From Squalus acanthias (taxonomy: Eukaryota), in assembly GCA_030390025.1 (NCBI GenBank), contig CM059433.1:25174001-25238000 (forward strand): a DNA stretch of 64,000 bases, given 5' to 3'. Within the stretch, counting starts at the first letter, position 1; every line of letters starts with the position of its first letter. Below, in pieces: positions 38,722 to 51,134 of this stretch. Under the pieces are notes generated by a model. The model saw nothing but the letters and a program-made list of their open reading frames with translations, ran no database searches and was not told where the DNA came from. The translations under genes and the position numbers were made by a program.

Positions 38722-40797
38722 CCAGTAGATTTAGTGTATTTGGATTTCCAAAAGGCATTCGATAAGGTGCCACATAATAGGTCGCTGCACAAGATAAGAG
38801 CTCATGGTGTTGGGGGTAATATATTAGCATGGATAGAGGATTGGCTAACTAACAGAAAACAGAGAGTCGGGATAAATGGGTCATTTTCAGGTTGGCAAAC
38901 TGTAACTAGTGGGGTGCCACAGGGATCAGTGCTGGGGCCTCAACTATTTACAATCTATATTAATGACTTGGATGAAGGGACCGAGTGTACTGTAGTCAAA
39001 TTTGCTGACGATACAAAGATAGGTAGGAAAGCAAGTTGTGAGGAGGACACCATGGGCTGGATTTTGTCAATGGGGCATGTTGGGGGCGGGACTGCTGGTT
39101 TTCGGGTTTCAGTCCCACCCCCAGCAACGTCTGATCAACCCATGCTATTTTCCCTTGAATGATCTTGTTAAGCCCACCCTGCGGGCTTACCGGCCAATTA
39201 AGGGAAAGCCGGTGACAGATGACGTCAGCGTATGACGCTTCATCTGTCAAAATTTTATTGACAGATGAATTGTCAGCGTTTGACAGCTTTGAGAAGCTAT
39301 CAAACACTGACAATCTCTGTTCTAAGCTGAGCCCTTGCACAGAAGGTTCACCAAGACCTCTCTCCTCAGCAGAAAGCAGATGGCTGCTGCATCTGAGAAT
39401 GCAGCAGCCATTCTGTCATCTCTGCCGTTGAGATGAGGCATTCCGGATCCTCAAAGGTTGAAGCCTGCAGGAAGAAGCAAAGGTAAGGAAACTTTTTCCA
39501 ACACTTTACACTCACCTCTCATACTTACCTGTCCACACTTGTACCCATCACTCACCTCTACAGCTGACATTTCGACCCCTCTCACCCCCGCAGACCCACT
39601 GCTCGCCTCGTTGACCCTGGAGAGGTTCGCAGCCGTCGGGAAGCCCTGCAATTGCAGGCGTAAAATGGAGATAAGCCTCAAACCTGCCTGTTAACTACCT
39701 GTTAACAGGCAGTTAATTGGCTCTAATCCCCTTCCCGCCTCGAGGAGACGGGTTCCTGCGCGAGTCGAGGACCCGCCTCCCGGGAAGATGGCACGGAGGT
39801 GGGTTGGGAGCGGGGTCAGTACCTGCTCCCAGTTTCTGCCATTTTCCCGGCAGTCCCGCCTCCATACCCGCCTCCCCAGGACTGGGAAAATTCCCCTCAA
39901 AGTGTTTGCAAAGGGATATAGATAGGTTAAGTGAGTGGGCAAAAACTTGGCAGATGGAGTATAATGTGGGAAAATGTGAGGTTATCCACTTTGGTAAGAA
40001 GAATAGAAAAGCAAAATATTATTTAAATGGAGAGAGACTACATAAGGCTGCGGTACAGAGGGATCTGGGGGTCCTCATACATGAAACACACAAAGTCAGC
40101 ATGCAGGTACAGCAAGTAATTAGGAAGGCAAATGGTATGTTGGCCTTTATTGCAAGGGGGATGGAGTATAAAAGTAGAGAAGTCTTGCTACAACTGTACA
40201 GGGCATTTGTGAGACCACACCTAGAGTACTGTGAACAGTTTTGGTCTCCTTATTTAAGGAGGGATATACATGCATTGGAGGCAGTTCAGAGAAGGTTCAC
40301 TAGGTTGATTCCTGTGATGAAGGGGTTGTCTTATGAGGAAAGGTTGAGTAGGTTGGGCCTATACTCACTGGAGTTTAGAAGAATGAGAGGTGATCTTATT
40401 GAAACATATAAGATTCTGAGGGGGCTTGACAGAGTAGATGCTGAGAGGATGTTTCCCCTAGTGCGGGAATCTAGAACTAGGGGGCATAGTTTCAGAATAA
40501 GGGGTCGCCCATTTAAGACGGAGATGAGGAGGAATTTCTTCTCTCAGAGGGTCATGAATCTTGGAATTCTCTACCCCAGAGAGCTGTGGAGGCTGGGTCA
40601 TTGAATATATTCAAGGCTGAGATAGACAGATTTTTGAATTACAGGGGAGTCAAGGGTTATGGGGAACAGGCAGAAAAGTGGAGTTGAGGCCAAGATCAGA
40701 TCAGCCATGATCTTATTGACTGGCGAAGCAGGTTCGAGGGGCCGAATGGCCTACTCCTGCTCCTATTTCTTATGTTCTTATATCTTATGTTCTTATG
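38722..40797 (+). mobile_element. CR1 LINE 3' half inserted in gag
   Basis: [35 protein letters not shown] through 3'UTR and (TCTTATGT)n tail. Confidence 0.95.
39054..39896. mobile_element. Harbinger-type MITE inserted in the CR1
   Basis: GGGCTGGATTTT ... GAAAATTCCCC; related to 57837-58683 and 55512-56377; CR1 resumes after it. Confidence 0.85.
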
Positions 40798-41713
40798 TTC
40801 TAGTATCAGTAGTAATGTAGGGAGTGTTGCCGATTATACCAGGTCTCAAACAGTTGGTGGTACGGAGGTACACAGGTCTGTTAAAATGGCCCCCTTAGTG
40901 ACCAAACACCTACGCACAAAAGGGGAGACAGATACACGAACAGGTCAAACAGTATATGAATTCAAAAATAGAGAAATAAGTCAGGATCTGACCCTTTTAG
41001 AATCATGCCAACTCAGTGGCCAATTGTCTAAATATGAGGGAATAGGAGATCCAACTCAGTTATTAAATAAAGTACGATTGCTACAGCAGACGCACGCCTT
41101 GACAGACAAGGATGCTTTACGACTGCTGCAGGCTGTCTTACCTCCAAGAGTGACATTGCCTGATGAGTTTGTACTGAGGGAAGAGGGCCAATTCCCAGAC
41201 CATGAAGACCATGTGTGAGGCAGTAGGGTATTGGGTAGTGGTAGATATGGGAAAGATTATGGACCATAAGCCCAGGGATGAGCACCCAATCCAGTATTTG
41301 AGGGACTTTGTGGAAGTGTATAATCAGAACCGTGGACCCCGTGGTGATAGAGCAGAATTGTCCGAGGACGATCCCACTTTTTGGAGTTTAGTGATTAATA
41401 AGTACAAGACCCTAGTAAATCCTACTTGTGAGCATATACTTCATCAATACGCCACGGAACTGAAGACGATGAAACCACGTGAAGGGATAGGGAGGGATAT
41501 TCAGATAGCCCTCCAAGCCTGGCATGAATCCCCACTCGAGCATAAAACCCCGACAATCTTAAAAACTTAAAAAACAGCCAGTTGTAACTACTGAAGGGGC
41601 AAAAGGTGGGAGACCTTGCTTTAACTGTGGGAGACAGGGACACTTTGCCAAGGAGTGTCGTACACAAAACACCTGTGGTAACTGGGGCAAGTCAAGACAT
41701 ACTAATGGACAGT

Positions 41714-42044
41714 ACGATAGCAAAATACTGCGGATGCTGAAATCCGAAATAACAACAGAAAACGCTGGAAAAACTCAGCAGGCCAGACAACATCCGTGGA
41801 GAGAGAAGAGAGTTAACGTTTCAGGTCGATGACCTTTCGTCAGAACTGGAGCCAAACGGAAATCCCGTCGAAGAGAAGAGCAGAACTTCTTCAAGGTAGG
41901 CATTCCTAGAAGAGAGGTGGCAGTGAACCAAACACTAATACGATAGCAAAATACTGCGGATGCTGGAAATCCGAAATAACAACAGAAAACGCTGGAAAAA
42001 CTCAGCAGGCCACGACCTGAAACGTTAACTCTCTTTCTCTCTCC
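41714..42044 (-). mobile_element. Penelope family A pLTR insertion in gag zinc knuckle 2
   Basis: 13-bp TSD ACTAATGGACAGT (41701-41713, 42045-42057); tandem pLTR ends plus a short inverted tail; hammerhead core at 41812-41846. Confidence 0.88.
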
Positions 42045-42243
42045 ACTAATGGACAGTGCTGGTCTAAGGGAGGAGGAGCCAACGGACAGGGACTCAAACA
42101 GAAAGGAGGACAGAGAGTCTCAGTTCAACCTCTTCTGGACGAACAGAATGTGTACTTGGAGGCAATTTGGGTCCTACAGAAATCGGGGGAAGAGAAAGAA
42201 TCAGGGTAAAACCACGAACCCAAATCCTTTTAGAAAGGATTGA

Positions 42244-45200
42244 CGGGGACAGGCCTCAGTAGCTGCAGTGAGCCAGCTTCGATATGATGACGAGGGTAGA
42301 CCTTGTGTTTCAGTCCTGGTAAGAGGCCGCTGAGACAATTTTCTAGCGGACACGGGGGCGTCCTGTTCCCTCACTCACCATGAAGATTTCCCCTTCAGCG
42401 GGCATTGCCTGCAGTTATTGGGCGTAGGAGGAAGAGGCATCTCGGCGGAGATGACCGTTCCCCTTCAATTACAAATTGGCAGTATGAAGTTTGAATTATC
42501 ATTGTGTATGGCCTCCACACCTGAAGGGTCAATTTTAGGGTCAGACGGGATCACAAAGGGAAATTGATTATTGATGTTGCAAACTATATGATTTGGCAGG
42601 GACCCGATCCACCCCATGACACGCATGTGCCAACCGTAATACATGATGTACACTCAGTGTATACAGTAAAAGGGATAGGGGTTTATGATGTTCACCTACT
42701 ATTACAGACGTCCAATCAGTGTTTAGCAGATATAATTTGGAAACATCAGAAAGTGTGGGCACGGTATAAACATGATTGTGGGAGGGTGACAAATATGGTG
42801 GTAGCAGCAGAAGATGCGGAACAGCATCTGGGGACGTCATTAAGTCCCTTTTAGGCCAGGAGATACTACGGGAATGTGTCTCCCGGAACAATGCACCCAT
42901 ATGGCCTGTAACGAAGCCTGATGGCTCGGGGAGAATGACTATCGATTACCGTCAGCTAAATAAACATACCCCGTCTGCCACCCCGTTAGTAGCTAGTCAC
43001 CCTGATGTAATTTCCAAGTTACGGGGCACTGCCATCGTTTATTCAACCTTGGACATTTCAAATGGATTCTGGAGCATTCCAGTGCATCCAGTCAGTACAA
43101 ATTTGTATTTACCTTCAGGGTACAACAGTACACTTGGGTAGGGTTACCCCAGGGATCTCACAACTCACCCACTTTATTTCATCAGTGTAGGTCAGACATA
43201 TTGCGGTCATGTTCACGACCTGATGATGTGATTCAGTATGTTGATGATTTATTGTTGCAGTCAGAGTCAATGGAGAAGCATTACCTCCTCTTGGAGGAAG
43301 TCTTGAGCCTCTTAGAAGAGGCTAGATTTAAAATTAATCTGAAAAAAACTGCACTTGTGCAGAAAACTGTAACTTCTTTGGATGTTAAAATTGAATAGGG
43401 AAGAAAACCCCCAGATCCAGCCCAGAAACGATTGGTCGCGGAACTGCCAAGAGCACACACGGTTACGGCTTCGCGGTCATTCCTGAGTTTTGTGGGATTT
43501 TGTAGGGAGTTCATTGAAGGATTCAGTGAGATAGCAGCCCCGTTGTATCACCATCTACAGGGCAACCCTGGTAAAGAGGACACCCTTGAGGATTCGAACT
43601 GGGAATCACATCAGGCATTCAAAAATCTTTAAGAGGCACTCACATGAGCTCCAGCCTTGCGGAGTCCTGATCCCTCAGCCCTTCATTACGGAAGTTCCAG
43701 TTTCAGAGCAATGTATATCTGCCGTGATATTGCAAGAGGTGCATGGAAGGTGCGTCCCAGTAGGATATTTCTCATGAATACTCACCCCTGTGGAGAGATC
43801 GTACGACTAATGTACTAAGCAGATCCTGGGGGTCCACTGGTTAGTCAAGCACACTGAATATTTGGTAGGATTTAATCAGTTAATTTCACACACCCCTCAT
43901 ACCCCAGGTGAAAGGAGTGTCCCCCGCGCGGTGGGGAAGTTGGATCTTGGAATTGGGCTGTAACGATATTACGGTCCTACACTCCCACAGCTACCAATTG
44001 GCTCATATGTTGCAGTATGAGGGATCACCCCATGCCTGTAAAGTGGAAGAGGTCGTATCTAGTGGACCTATTAAAACCATACCACTTGTGGGCTCCACTA
44101 GTGTTTACGTGGATGGTTCTAGGTTTTATGAACAGGGACAATACCGTACAGGTGCTGTATGCTGGATTCCACAGGATACTCGAAGTGTACTCATTAAATG
44201 TCCGCCCCAGCACTCTGCCCGAAAGGCCGAGGTTATTGCTTTAGCTACAGCTCTCCAGACAATTATGGGGAAGGTCACTATATTCTCTGACAGCTCATTT
44301 GTGTGCAATTCCCTCACAGAGTATTTGCCTATCTGGCAAAAACGTGGCTTCTGCACTGCGGAAGGTAAACCACTCGCCCATCTTTCGGAATTCCAAATGA
44401 TTTGGGATATCGCCAGTGAGCGACCAGGGCAAATTGTCATTTGTAAAGTGAAAGCCCATCAGCGGGAGGGAATTAGCCAAGAAGGCGACCATCATAATGT
44501 GGCTGATCAATTGGCCAGAGAAGCAGCTATAAAAGGGGTTCCATGGAAACCACATACCTCACAACTACTGGCACCAGTGAGACAGACTCCAGTCATACCT
44601 GATTTAAAAACCCATTAGGATACTGACCCCGATGTGGTAAAGGCTAAAGAGGCCATATGCCACGGGAAGGATCTTCCCCCGCCCATCGCACTAAGGACTC
44701 GCTTGTCCTACATGAAGAGGTTTTGTACTATGAAGATGGCCCAAAACTGACATGGGTCAGCCCTCTCTGTCTCAGAAAAGAATTGATTCTGTATATGCAT
44801 CAAATTGGGGGAAACGTGCCTCCGTTTCTCGGGTTATGGATACGCTACACAGTTGTTACTAGTGGCAAAGATGTGCCAGGATGTTCAACATCACCTAGCT
44901 TTGTGTCTTATTTGTGACCAAATGAATCCGGCCCCAACTAAACGAAAGGTCCCGACGGGTACCTCCCACCTGAATAATGGTCCATGGGAAACATTGCAGA
45001 CTGACTATACAGGCCCATTACCCACAGCAAAACGGGGGTATCGGTTTATTTTAGTTGTTATAGATATGTTCATCCGGTGGATTGAAGCCTTCCCAGCCCG
45101 TAAAAATGATGCAGTTTCCACGGCAAAGATTTTGTGGGAGCAAATTTTTACCAGATGGGGTTTTCCAAAAAGGATAGAAAGTGATAATGCATCACAGTTT

Positions 45201-45848
45201 ATGGCAGAAGTGATGCAACACCTGTGCCACCCCATTGATGTGGAACAACATTTCCACATCCTCTACCACCCACAGTCTAGTGGGATGGTGGAACGCTTTA
45301 ATGGCACTCTGAAAGCAGGGCTGAAAAAAGCTGTCATGCAAGGAACTGATGATCTGGTTAAGACCAATACTGATTAGGTTATGGCTTTGCCTGGTATTCT
45401 GATGGCCATCTGTGCCACACCAGTGAGCGCTACAGGCTACAGCCCATTTGAGCTGATGACAGGCCGACAGATGCAAATTTCACCTCCAAATGGGGTTCCA
45501 CTCCCTATCGCTACTCGCCAGATCCCTAACCAGTTCCTCCAGAACCTCCAACAATCTCCAGAGTCCACTCTGCTCTGTGCAGCGGAGAAGGTGGGTGCGA
45601 CCCATTTCAACACCACCAGGGACGACTGCCCCACCCATTGCATTAACTACATGATTGCCGATCATGCTGAAACATTTTTTAAAAAGGGGGTCTCGGAGGC
45701 TAATTGGGAAGGTCCGTATGAAATCATGGACAAATTGGGAGAAACAAACCTTAAATTGGCCATTCGGAAACGAGGGAAGAAATCACAATGTGCGTGGCAT
45801 CATGGAGATCAGTGTAAACTGTACAAGAAAAAGAGGTCAGATAACTAG
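42244..45848 (+). pseudogene. pol: pol: protease, RT, tether, RNase H, integrase
   Basis: FLADTGAS; NAPIWPVTKPDGSGRMTIDYRQLN, LDISNGFWSIP, LPQG..NSP, QYVDDLL; VYVDGS..AEVIAL..SDS..KVKAH..AD; HHCC, DYTGP, SDNASQF, SSGMVERFN; WEGPY. Confidence 0.93.
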
Positions 45849-48352
45849 ATGGAGAATAAATGCTGCATTTGATTTTATTTTAACAGGAACAGGATGTGGA
45901 GAGTCATTGTACGACTGCTGACCTCTACCAGCGCGAAACAACAACTGGAAAGAAGATGGAATTGTGTAACAAGCCCGGTCGGCCCGGACGGATCCAGTGA
46001 TGAAAGCAACTGGAGGGTACAAGTACCAGAAGGGGATGGGTTACAAATACGATGCCGTTGTATGGGAAATAATACTTTCGGTGTAACTAAGATCACTTTT
46101 AAGTGGATCAGAACTGAAGGACCTATCAGCAGCAAAATTTGGGGGCTTGGGGATCCCGTATATAGTAGTCTTAATAAGTAATGCTAATTACAGTGAGTTG
46201 AAACAAACATTGAACTGGCCGAGAATCTGGAAACACCGCTTTCCCAAAGACGCACTAGGAGTGGGACGCTCCGTCATGGACAGTGATAGCCATTTAAGTG
46301 CAGTATCTGGAAATTTTGTTGATATTAATGTAACAGATGTTGAGGAAAAGCTTGAGCATGTGTTCAACTCAAGCTCGCAAGATTATACCTGCCCACCTCA
46401 ACGACCAAACCCAAATAAAAACAGACTCGAAGTAATCGAATCCGGGACTGTACTATATAATGATGTCCGCTTTGAGATTGTACCAGTGTTACTGAATATG
46501 AAATTGGACATATCCAAAAAATATTGTCATTGTAATTATCCAGATATCTTGCATAAGGAGGGTAAGAAATGAAGGAAGAGGGGGCAATGGGATGGATGGG
46601 TATAGGAGCAACAGCAGGTTTGTCTGGAATTAACCTAGCCGATATAGAGGGAATGTGGGAACATGATGAGGTGGTGAGGAAGCAATTGAAAGATATTTTA
46701 TCCAAAATGAACCAAGAAGGGGGAGATGATTTAGTGGAACAACAAAACACCTTGTTATCTACTGAGGAGTTAGTGAGAGAATTGGGCAAAATACAGAAGA
46801 GTATTAATCAGTTAATAGATAATAATAATGAGGCCAATGAAAAACAGGAGACGAGAGGTATTATGTGTAGTCTGTATGTGGCTTTTGAGATGAACATAAT
46901 CCAGAAAGGAATGGATCAAATAAAGGGATGTGAGGTGCCTCTGTTTATTCATGAGAAACAAATGGGAAGGTGGTTTAACAACTCAAAGAATTCAGAGAAT
47001 GAATGGGACTATGATTTGATGCAACAAATGGGAATGGCGTTTCTGGCCCCTAGGGAAGGGGAAAGTAATTAAGATATTATTACCAGTGGTATTGATCTTG
47101 CCTTTGTTAAGGAAAAATGGAAATGAAACAAAACCTTGGAAGGTGCATAGGGTAGAATCGATCGGAATGGGGGAAGACTCTGAGTTAGGTCCAATCCATA
47201 AACAGTATGAGGAATATCCAAGATATCAGATTAAGAGGAACTTAGATAGCACCAGATATGCAGTGTTTTACTCTGAAAGGGACAATGTGGGTTTGTAGAT
47301 GTGACGTAGTCCATCAACATACTGCTCCAGCTTGTGGGTTCACCCTCGACAAAGAATCACCACAATGCCAGATTGGGAGAAGTGGGGCGAAGACCAAACT
47401 AATACTGTGTATAAAGGAAAAGGACAGTATTGTGTGACTACCACGGCCTCGCATATGACTGTGGGTTCAACCCGATGCCCCATACTAAAATGCCAGTTTT
47501 GTTTGACTCCAATGGGAAATACTCGTATGTTGGTACCAGTTCATCATCATAACACCACTTATCTACAGATGAGACTGCCTCTGGAGGATGAAGCCATTCG
47601 AGCCATTCCACATATGAGACACTATATACCTCCCCTGTCTCTGGCTTTAAAGGCCATAACTGAGTAAACTAGGACATCCCAGAAACACATAGTGCAAATG
47701 ATACAGGCAAATAGAGAGACAGAACAGGCAATCCTGAGACTTGGGAATCCTGAATGGTGGGAAGGAGTATCTAGTGTGGAACTACACGCTTGGGCTAGAC
47801 TATTCCAAATGTGATTGGTAATAGCACAGATAATAGCTTTAGGTATACTGGTCATTGCATTATGTTGTGTAAGGAAGTCGATAAGGGACATAGAAAATAT
47901 AAGGAAAGGTAAGGGCACTAAGAGGAAATTGAGAGGTCGCACAACACCAGGTTATAGTCCAACAGTTTTATTTGAAATCACAAGCTTTCGGAGCTATCGA
48001 TTTGCTCCTTCCTCAGGTGAAGTAAATTAGATACAGAATCTCCAAAGCATATATAGATGGAAAACAGAGCATGTGTACTTTACAATTGCAGACCAATAAA
48101 TTAAATCATCCTGACTATCTGCCGAGGTGTGATAAAGTTAATTAAGTCAGCCAGGAAGGTACCACATCAAAGACATAGCAAGATACAACTGAGACAATGA
48201 GGTGTAGTCGCAGGGGTTCTAACGTGTCAAAAGCTGCCGTCTGTATGTAAAACGAAAAGCTTTAACATTTTTTTACTTTTTTACTGGGAAAATTTTTACT
48301 TTTTTACTGGGAATCACATCTGTGAACAAGCTAACGACGACTCGAGTCCGGA

Positions 48353-51031
48353 TCACGTCATGTATCGTGACATAAACCCAAGATCCCGATTGAGACCGTC
48401 TTCATGAGTGCGGAACTTGGCTATCAGTTTCTGCTCGATGATTTTGCGTTGTCGTGTGTTTCTAAGGTTGCCTTGGAGAACGCTTACCCGCAGATCCGAG
48501 GCTGAATGTCCTTGACTGCTGAAGTGTTCCCCGACTGGGAGGTAACAATCCTGCCTGGCGATTGTTGCGCGGTGCTCGTTCATACGTTGTCTCAGTGTCT
48601 GCATGGTCTCGCCGATGTACCATGCCGCGGTGGATTCTTTCCTGCAACGTATGAGGTAGACAACGTTGGCCGAGTCACATGAGTATGTACCATGTACCTG
48701 GTGGGTAGTGTCCTCACGTGTGATGGTGGTATCTGTGTTGATGATCTGGCATGTCTTGCAGAGTTTGCCATGGCAGGGTTGTGTGGTGTCGTGGTCGCTG
48801 TTATCCTGAAAGCTGGGTAATTTGCTGTGAACGATGGTACTTCTGAGGTTAGGCGGCTGTTTGAAGGCAAGTAGTGGAGGCGTGGGGATGGCCTTAGCGA
48901 GGTGTTTGTCGTCATCGATGACATGTTGAAGGCTGCGAAGAACATGGCGTAGTTTCTCCGCTCCGGGGAAGTACTGGACGACATAGGGTACCCTGTTGGT
49001 TGTGTCCCGTGTTTGCCTTCTGAGGAGGTCTATGCGATTTTTCGCTGTGGCCCGTCGGAACTGTCGATCGATGAGTCGAGCGTCATATCCCGTTCTTACG
49101 AGGGCGTTTTTCAGCGTCCGTAGGTGTCCATCGCGTTCCTCCTCGTCTGAGCAGATCCTGTGTATTCGCAGGGCTTGTCCATAGGGGATGGCTTCTTTAA
49201 CATGGTTAGGGTGGAAGCTGGAGAAGTGGAGCATCGTGAGGTTGTCCGTGGGCTTGCGGTAGAGTGAAGTGCTGAGGTGTCCGTCTTTGATGGAGATTCG
49301 TGTGTCCAGGAATGAGACTGATTCTGAGGAGTAGTCCATGGTGAGTTTGATGGTGGGATGGAACATGTTTATGTTATCGTGTAGTCTTTTCAGTGATCCT
49401 TCGCCATGGGTCCAAAGGAAGAAAATGTCGTTGATGTATCTGGTATACAGCGTTGGCTGGAGGTCCTGTGCAGCGAAGAAGTCTTGCTCGAACTTGTGCA
49501 TGAAGATGTTGGCGTATTGGGGTGCGAATTTGGTCCCCATGGCTGTTCCGTGTGTTTGGGTAAAAAAATGGTTGTCGAAGGTGAAGACATTGTGGTCAAG
49601 GATGAAGCGGATGAGTTGTAGGATGGCGTCTGGTGATTGGCTGTTGTTGATGTTGAGTACTGAGGCTGTTGCAGCGATGCCGTCATCGTGGGGGATACTG
49701 GTGTAGAGTGCCGATACGTCCATCGTGGCAAGGAGTGTTCCTGGTTCAACTGGTCCGTGGGTGCTGAGTTTCTGTAAGAAGTCTGTAGTGTCGCGACAGA
49801 AGCTGGGGGTTCCCTGTACGATGGGTTTCAGAATGCCCTCGACGTATCCAGAGAGGTTCTCACACAGGGTTCCATTGCCTGATACGATAGGACGTCCGGG
49901 TGTGTTGGCTTTGTGTATCTTTGGGAGGCAGTAGAAGTCTCCCACGCGGGGATTACGTGGGATGAGAGCGCGTAGGATGTTTTGAAGGTCTGGATCGAAG
50001 GTCTTGATCAGTCTATTGAGTTGGCGGGTGTGTTCTTTGGTCGGATCTGCGGGTAGCTGTCTGTAGTGTTCCTGGTTGTCCAGTTGTCGGTATGCTTCTT
50101 TACAATAGTCCGTTCTGTTCTGTATGACGATGGCTCCTCCTTTGTCCGCTGGTTTGATGACAATGTTGCGGTTGGTCTTGAGAGCGTGGATGGCGTTGCG
50201 TTGTGCTCGGGTGACATTCTGGACTGTCTTGTGAGTGCGGCTGATGAATCTGGCGTTGATGCATCTCCTGACAGCTTGAGCATACATGTCAAGCTTGGGG
50301 CAGCATCCCTCCGGAGGGGTCCAGTTTGACTCTTTTTTCTTCGGTTGCTGCACTGCGAGTCCCTCTGTCTGCTGTTCTGGATCATTGATTGTCTCATTGG
50401 GTTTGTTGCTGACATCTTGGGATTTGTGGAAGTATTCCCGGAGCCTCATTCTCCTGATGAATTCCTCCGTGTCTGCCGCGAGGCCGATGGGGTCCATTTT
50501 GGTGGTTGGGCAGAACTTGAGCCCTAGGGCGAGAACTTCGATTTCGTCTGGTTGAAGCGTATGGTCGGACAAGTTGACGATGGACTTCCCTGTGGTTGCA
50601 GCCGTGGTACCGGGGGAGGCTTGGTTGCTGCTGGTGGTGATGCCGAGTTTCTCAAGCTTCCTGTTCTTGATGCGCATGTAGGCAGCGTAGTTCCGTTGCC
50701 TCGTCTGTTTGGTGGTGTCTCGTAACTGGTCTGCTGTGTCCTGAGCACAGGCTGAGAGCATGGACTCTATCTTGGTTTCGAGGTTGTGGCGTTTGCTGTA
50801 GAGCTGGTGTACGAGATGGTTGAGGAGTGTGCGAGAGGTACGACGGCAGAGTCTCTCAGCGTAGTCTGTGTTGTATGTCGACTTGAGTGGGTTCGTGATC
50901 TGTAGTCCTTTCGGGATCTTGTCTGCTTTCTTGCATCTCTGTAGATACTTGATGTCGGTGTCGATATGCGCGATCTTCTTGGCGATTCTCTCCACTTTGA
51001 GCCGGCAGTTTGTGGTGTCGATAGTGGTCAT
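48353..51031 (-). CDS. Penelope RT + GIY-YIG endonuclease, 892 aa from the ATG at 51031
   Basis: Uninterrupted ORF: IKPADKGG, FYCLPKIHK..PGRPIVS, DVSALYTSIP, GTAMG, RYIND, C..C.TC, C.S.NVVYLIRC..YIGET..R..EH, DGLN. Confidence 0.93.
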   Translation of the reverse strand: MTTIDTTNCRLKVERIAKKIAHIDTDIKYLQRCKKADKIPKGLQITNPLKSTYNTDYAERLCRRTSRTLLNHLVHQLYSKRHNLETKIESMLSACAQDTADQLRDTTKQTRQRNYAAYMRIKNRKLEKLGITTSSNQASPGTTAATTGKSIVNLSDHTLQPDEIEVLALGLKFCPTTKMDPIGLAADTEEFIRRMRLREYFHKSQDVSNKPNETINDPEQQTEGLAVQQPKKKESNWTPPEGCCPKLDMYAQAVRRCINARFISRTHKTVQNVTRAQRNAIHALKTNRNIVIKPADKGGAIVIQNRTDYCKEAYRQLDNQEHYRQLPADPTKEHTRQLNRLIKTFDPDLQNILRALIPRNPRVGDFYCLPKIHKANTPGRPIVSGNGTLCENLSGYVEGILKPIVQGTPSFCRDTTDFLQKLSTHGPVEPGTLLATMDVSALYTSIPHDDGIAATASVLNINNSQSPDAILQLIRFILDHNVFTFDNHFFTQTHGTAMGTKFAPQYANIFMHKFEQDFFAAQDLQPTLYTRYINDIFFLWTHGEGSLKRLHDNINMFHPTIKLTMDYSSESVSFLDTRISIKDGHLSTSLYRKPTDNLTMLHFSSFHPNHVKEAIPYGQALRIHRICSDEEERDGHLRTLKNALVRTGYDARLIDRQFRRATAKNRIDLLRRQTRDTTNRVPYVVQYFPGAEKLRHVLRSLQHVIDDDKHLAKAIPTPPLLAFKQPPNLRSTIVHSKLPSFQDNSDHDTTQPCHGKLCKTCQIINTDTTITREDTTHQVHGTYSCDSANVVYLIRCRKESTAAWYIGETMQTLRQRMNEHRATIARQDCYLPVGEHFSSQGHSASDLRVSVLQGNLRNTRQRKIIEQKLIAKFRTHEDGLNRDLGFMSRYMT

Positions 51032-51134
51032 GATGCGGAGATGCCGGTGTTGGACTGGGGTGGACAAAATTGAGAGGTCGCACAACACCAGGTTATAGTC
51101 CAACAGTTTTATTTGAAATCACAAGCTTTCGGAG

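Larger units (their letters stand above)
38069..42243 (+). pseudogene. gag: gag (coiled-coil N-terminus, capsid-like region, two CCHC knuckles), interrupted
   Basis: Heptad region 38245-38580; acidic linker; DEHPIQYLRDF (MHR-like); CFNCGRQGHFAKEC and CGNWGKSRHTNGQ|C at about 41617-42059. Confidence 0.8.

Noticed and set aside
38245..39162. 305-aa ORF fusing a coiled coil to an RT
   Set aside because: Chance in-frame junction of viral gag with an inserted CR1 fragment and a MITE
48270..48313. Short direct repeats or array
   Set aside because: Simple two-unit duplication in the Penelope 3'UTR, mirrored at about 52050-52092; there is no CRISPR-like structure anywhere in the window
51032..51103. 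N-terminal 24 aa of the 916-aa ORF
   Set aside because: Starts at a TTG within the pLTR; the first ATG is at 51031
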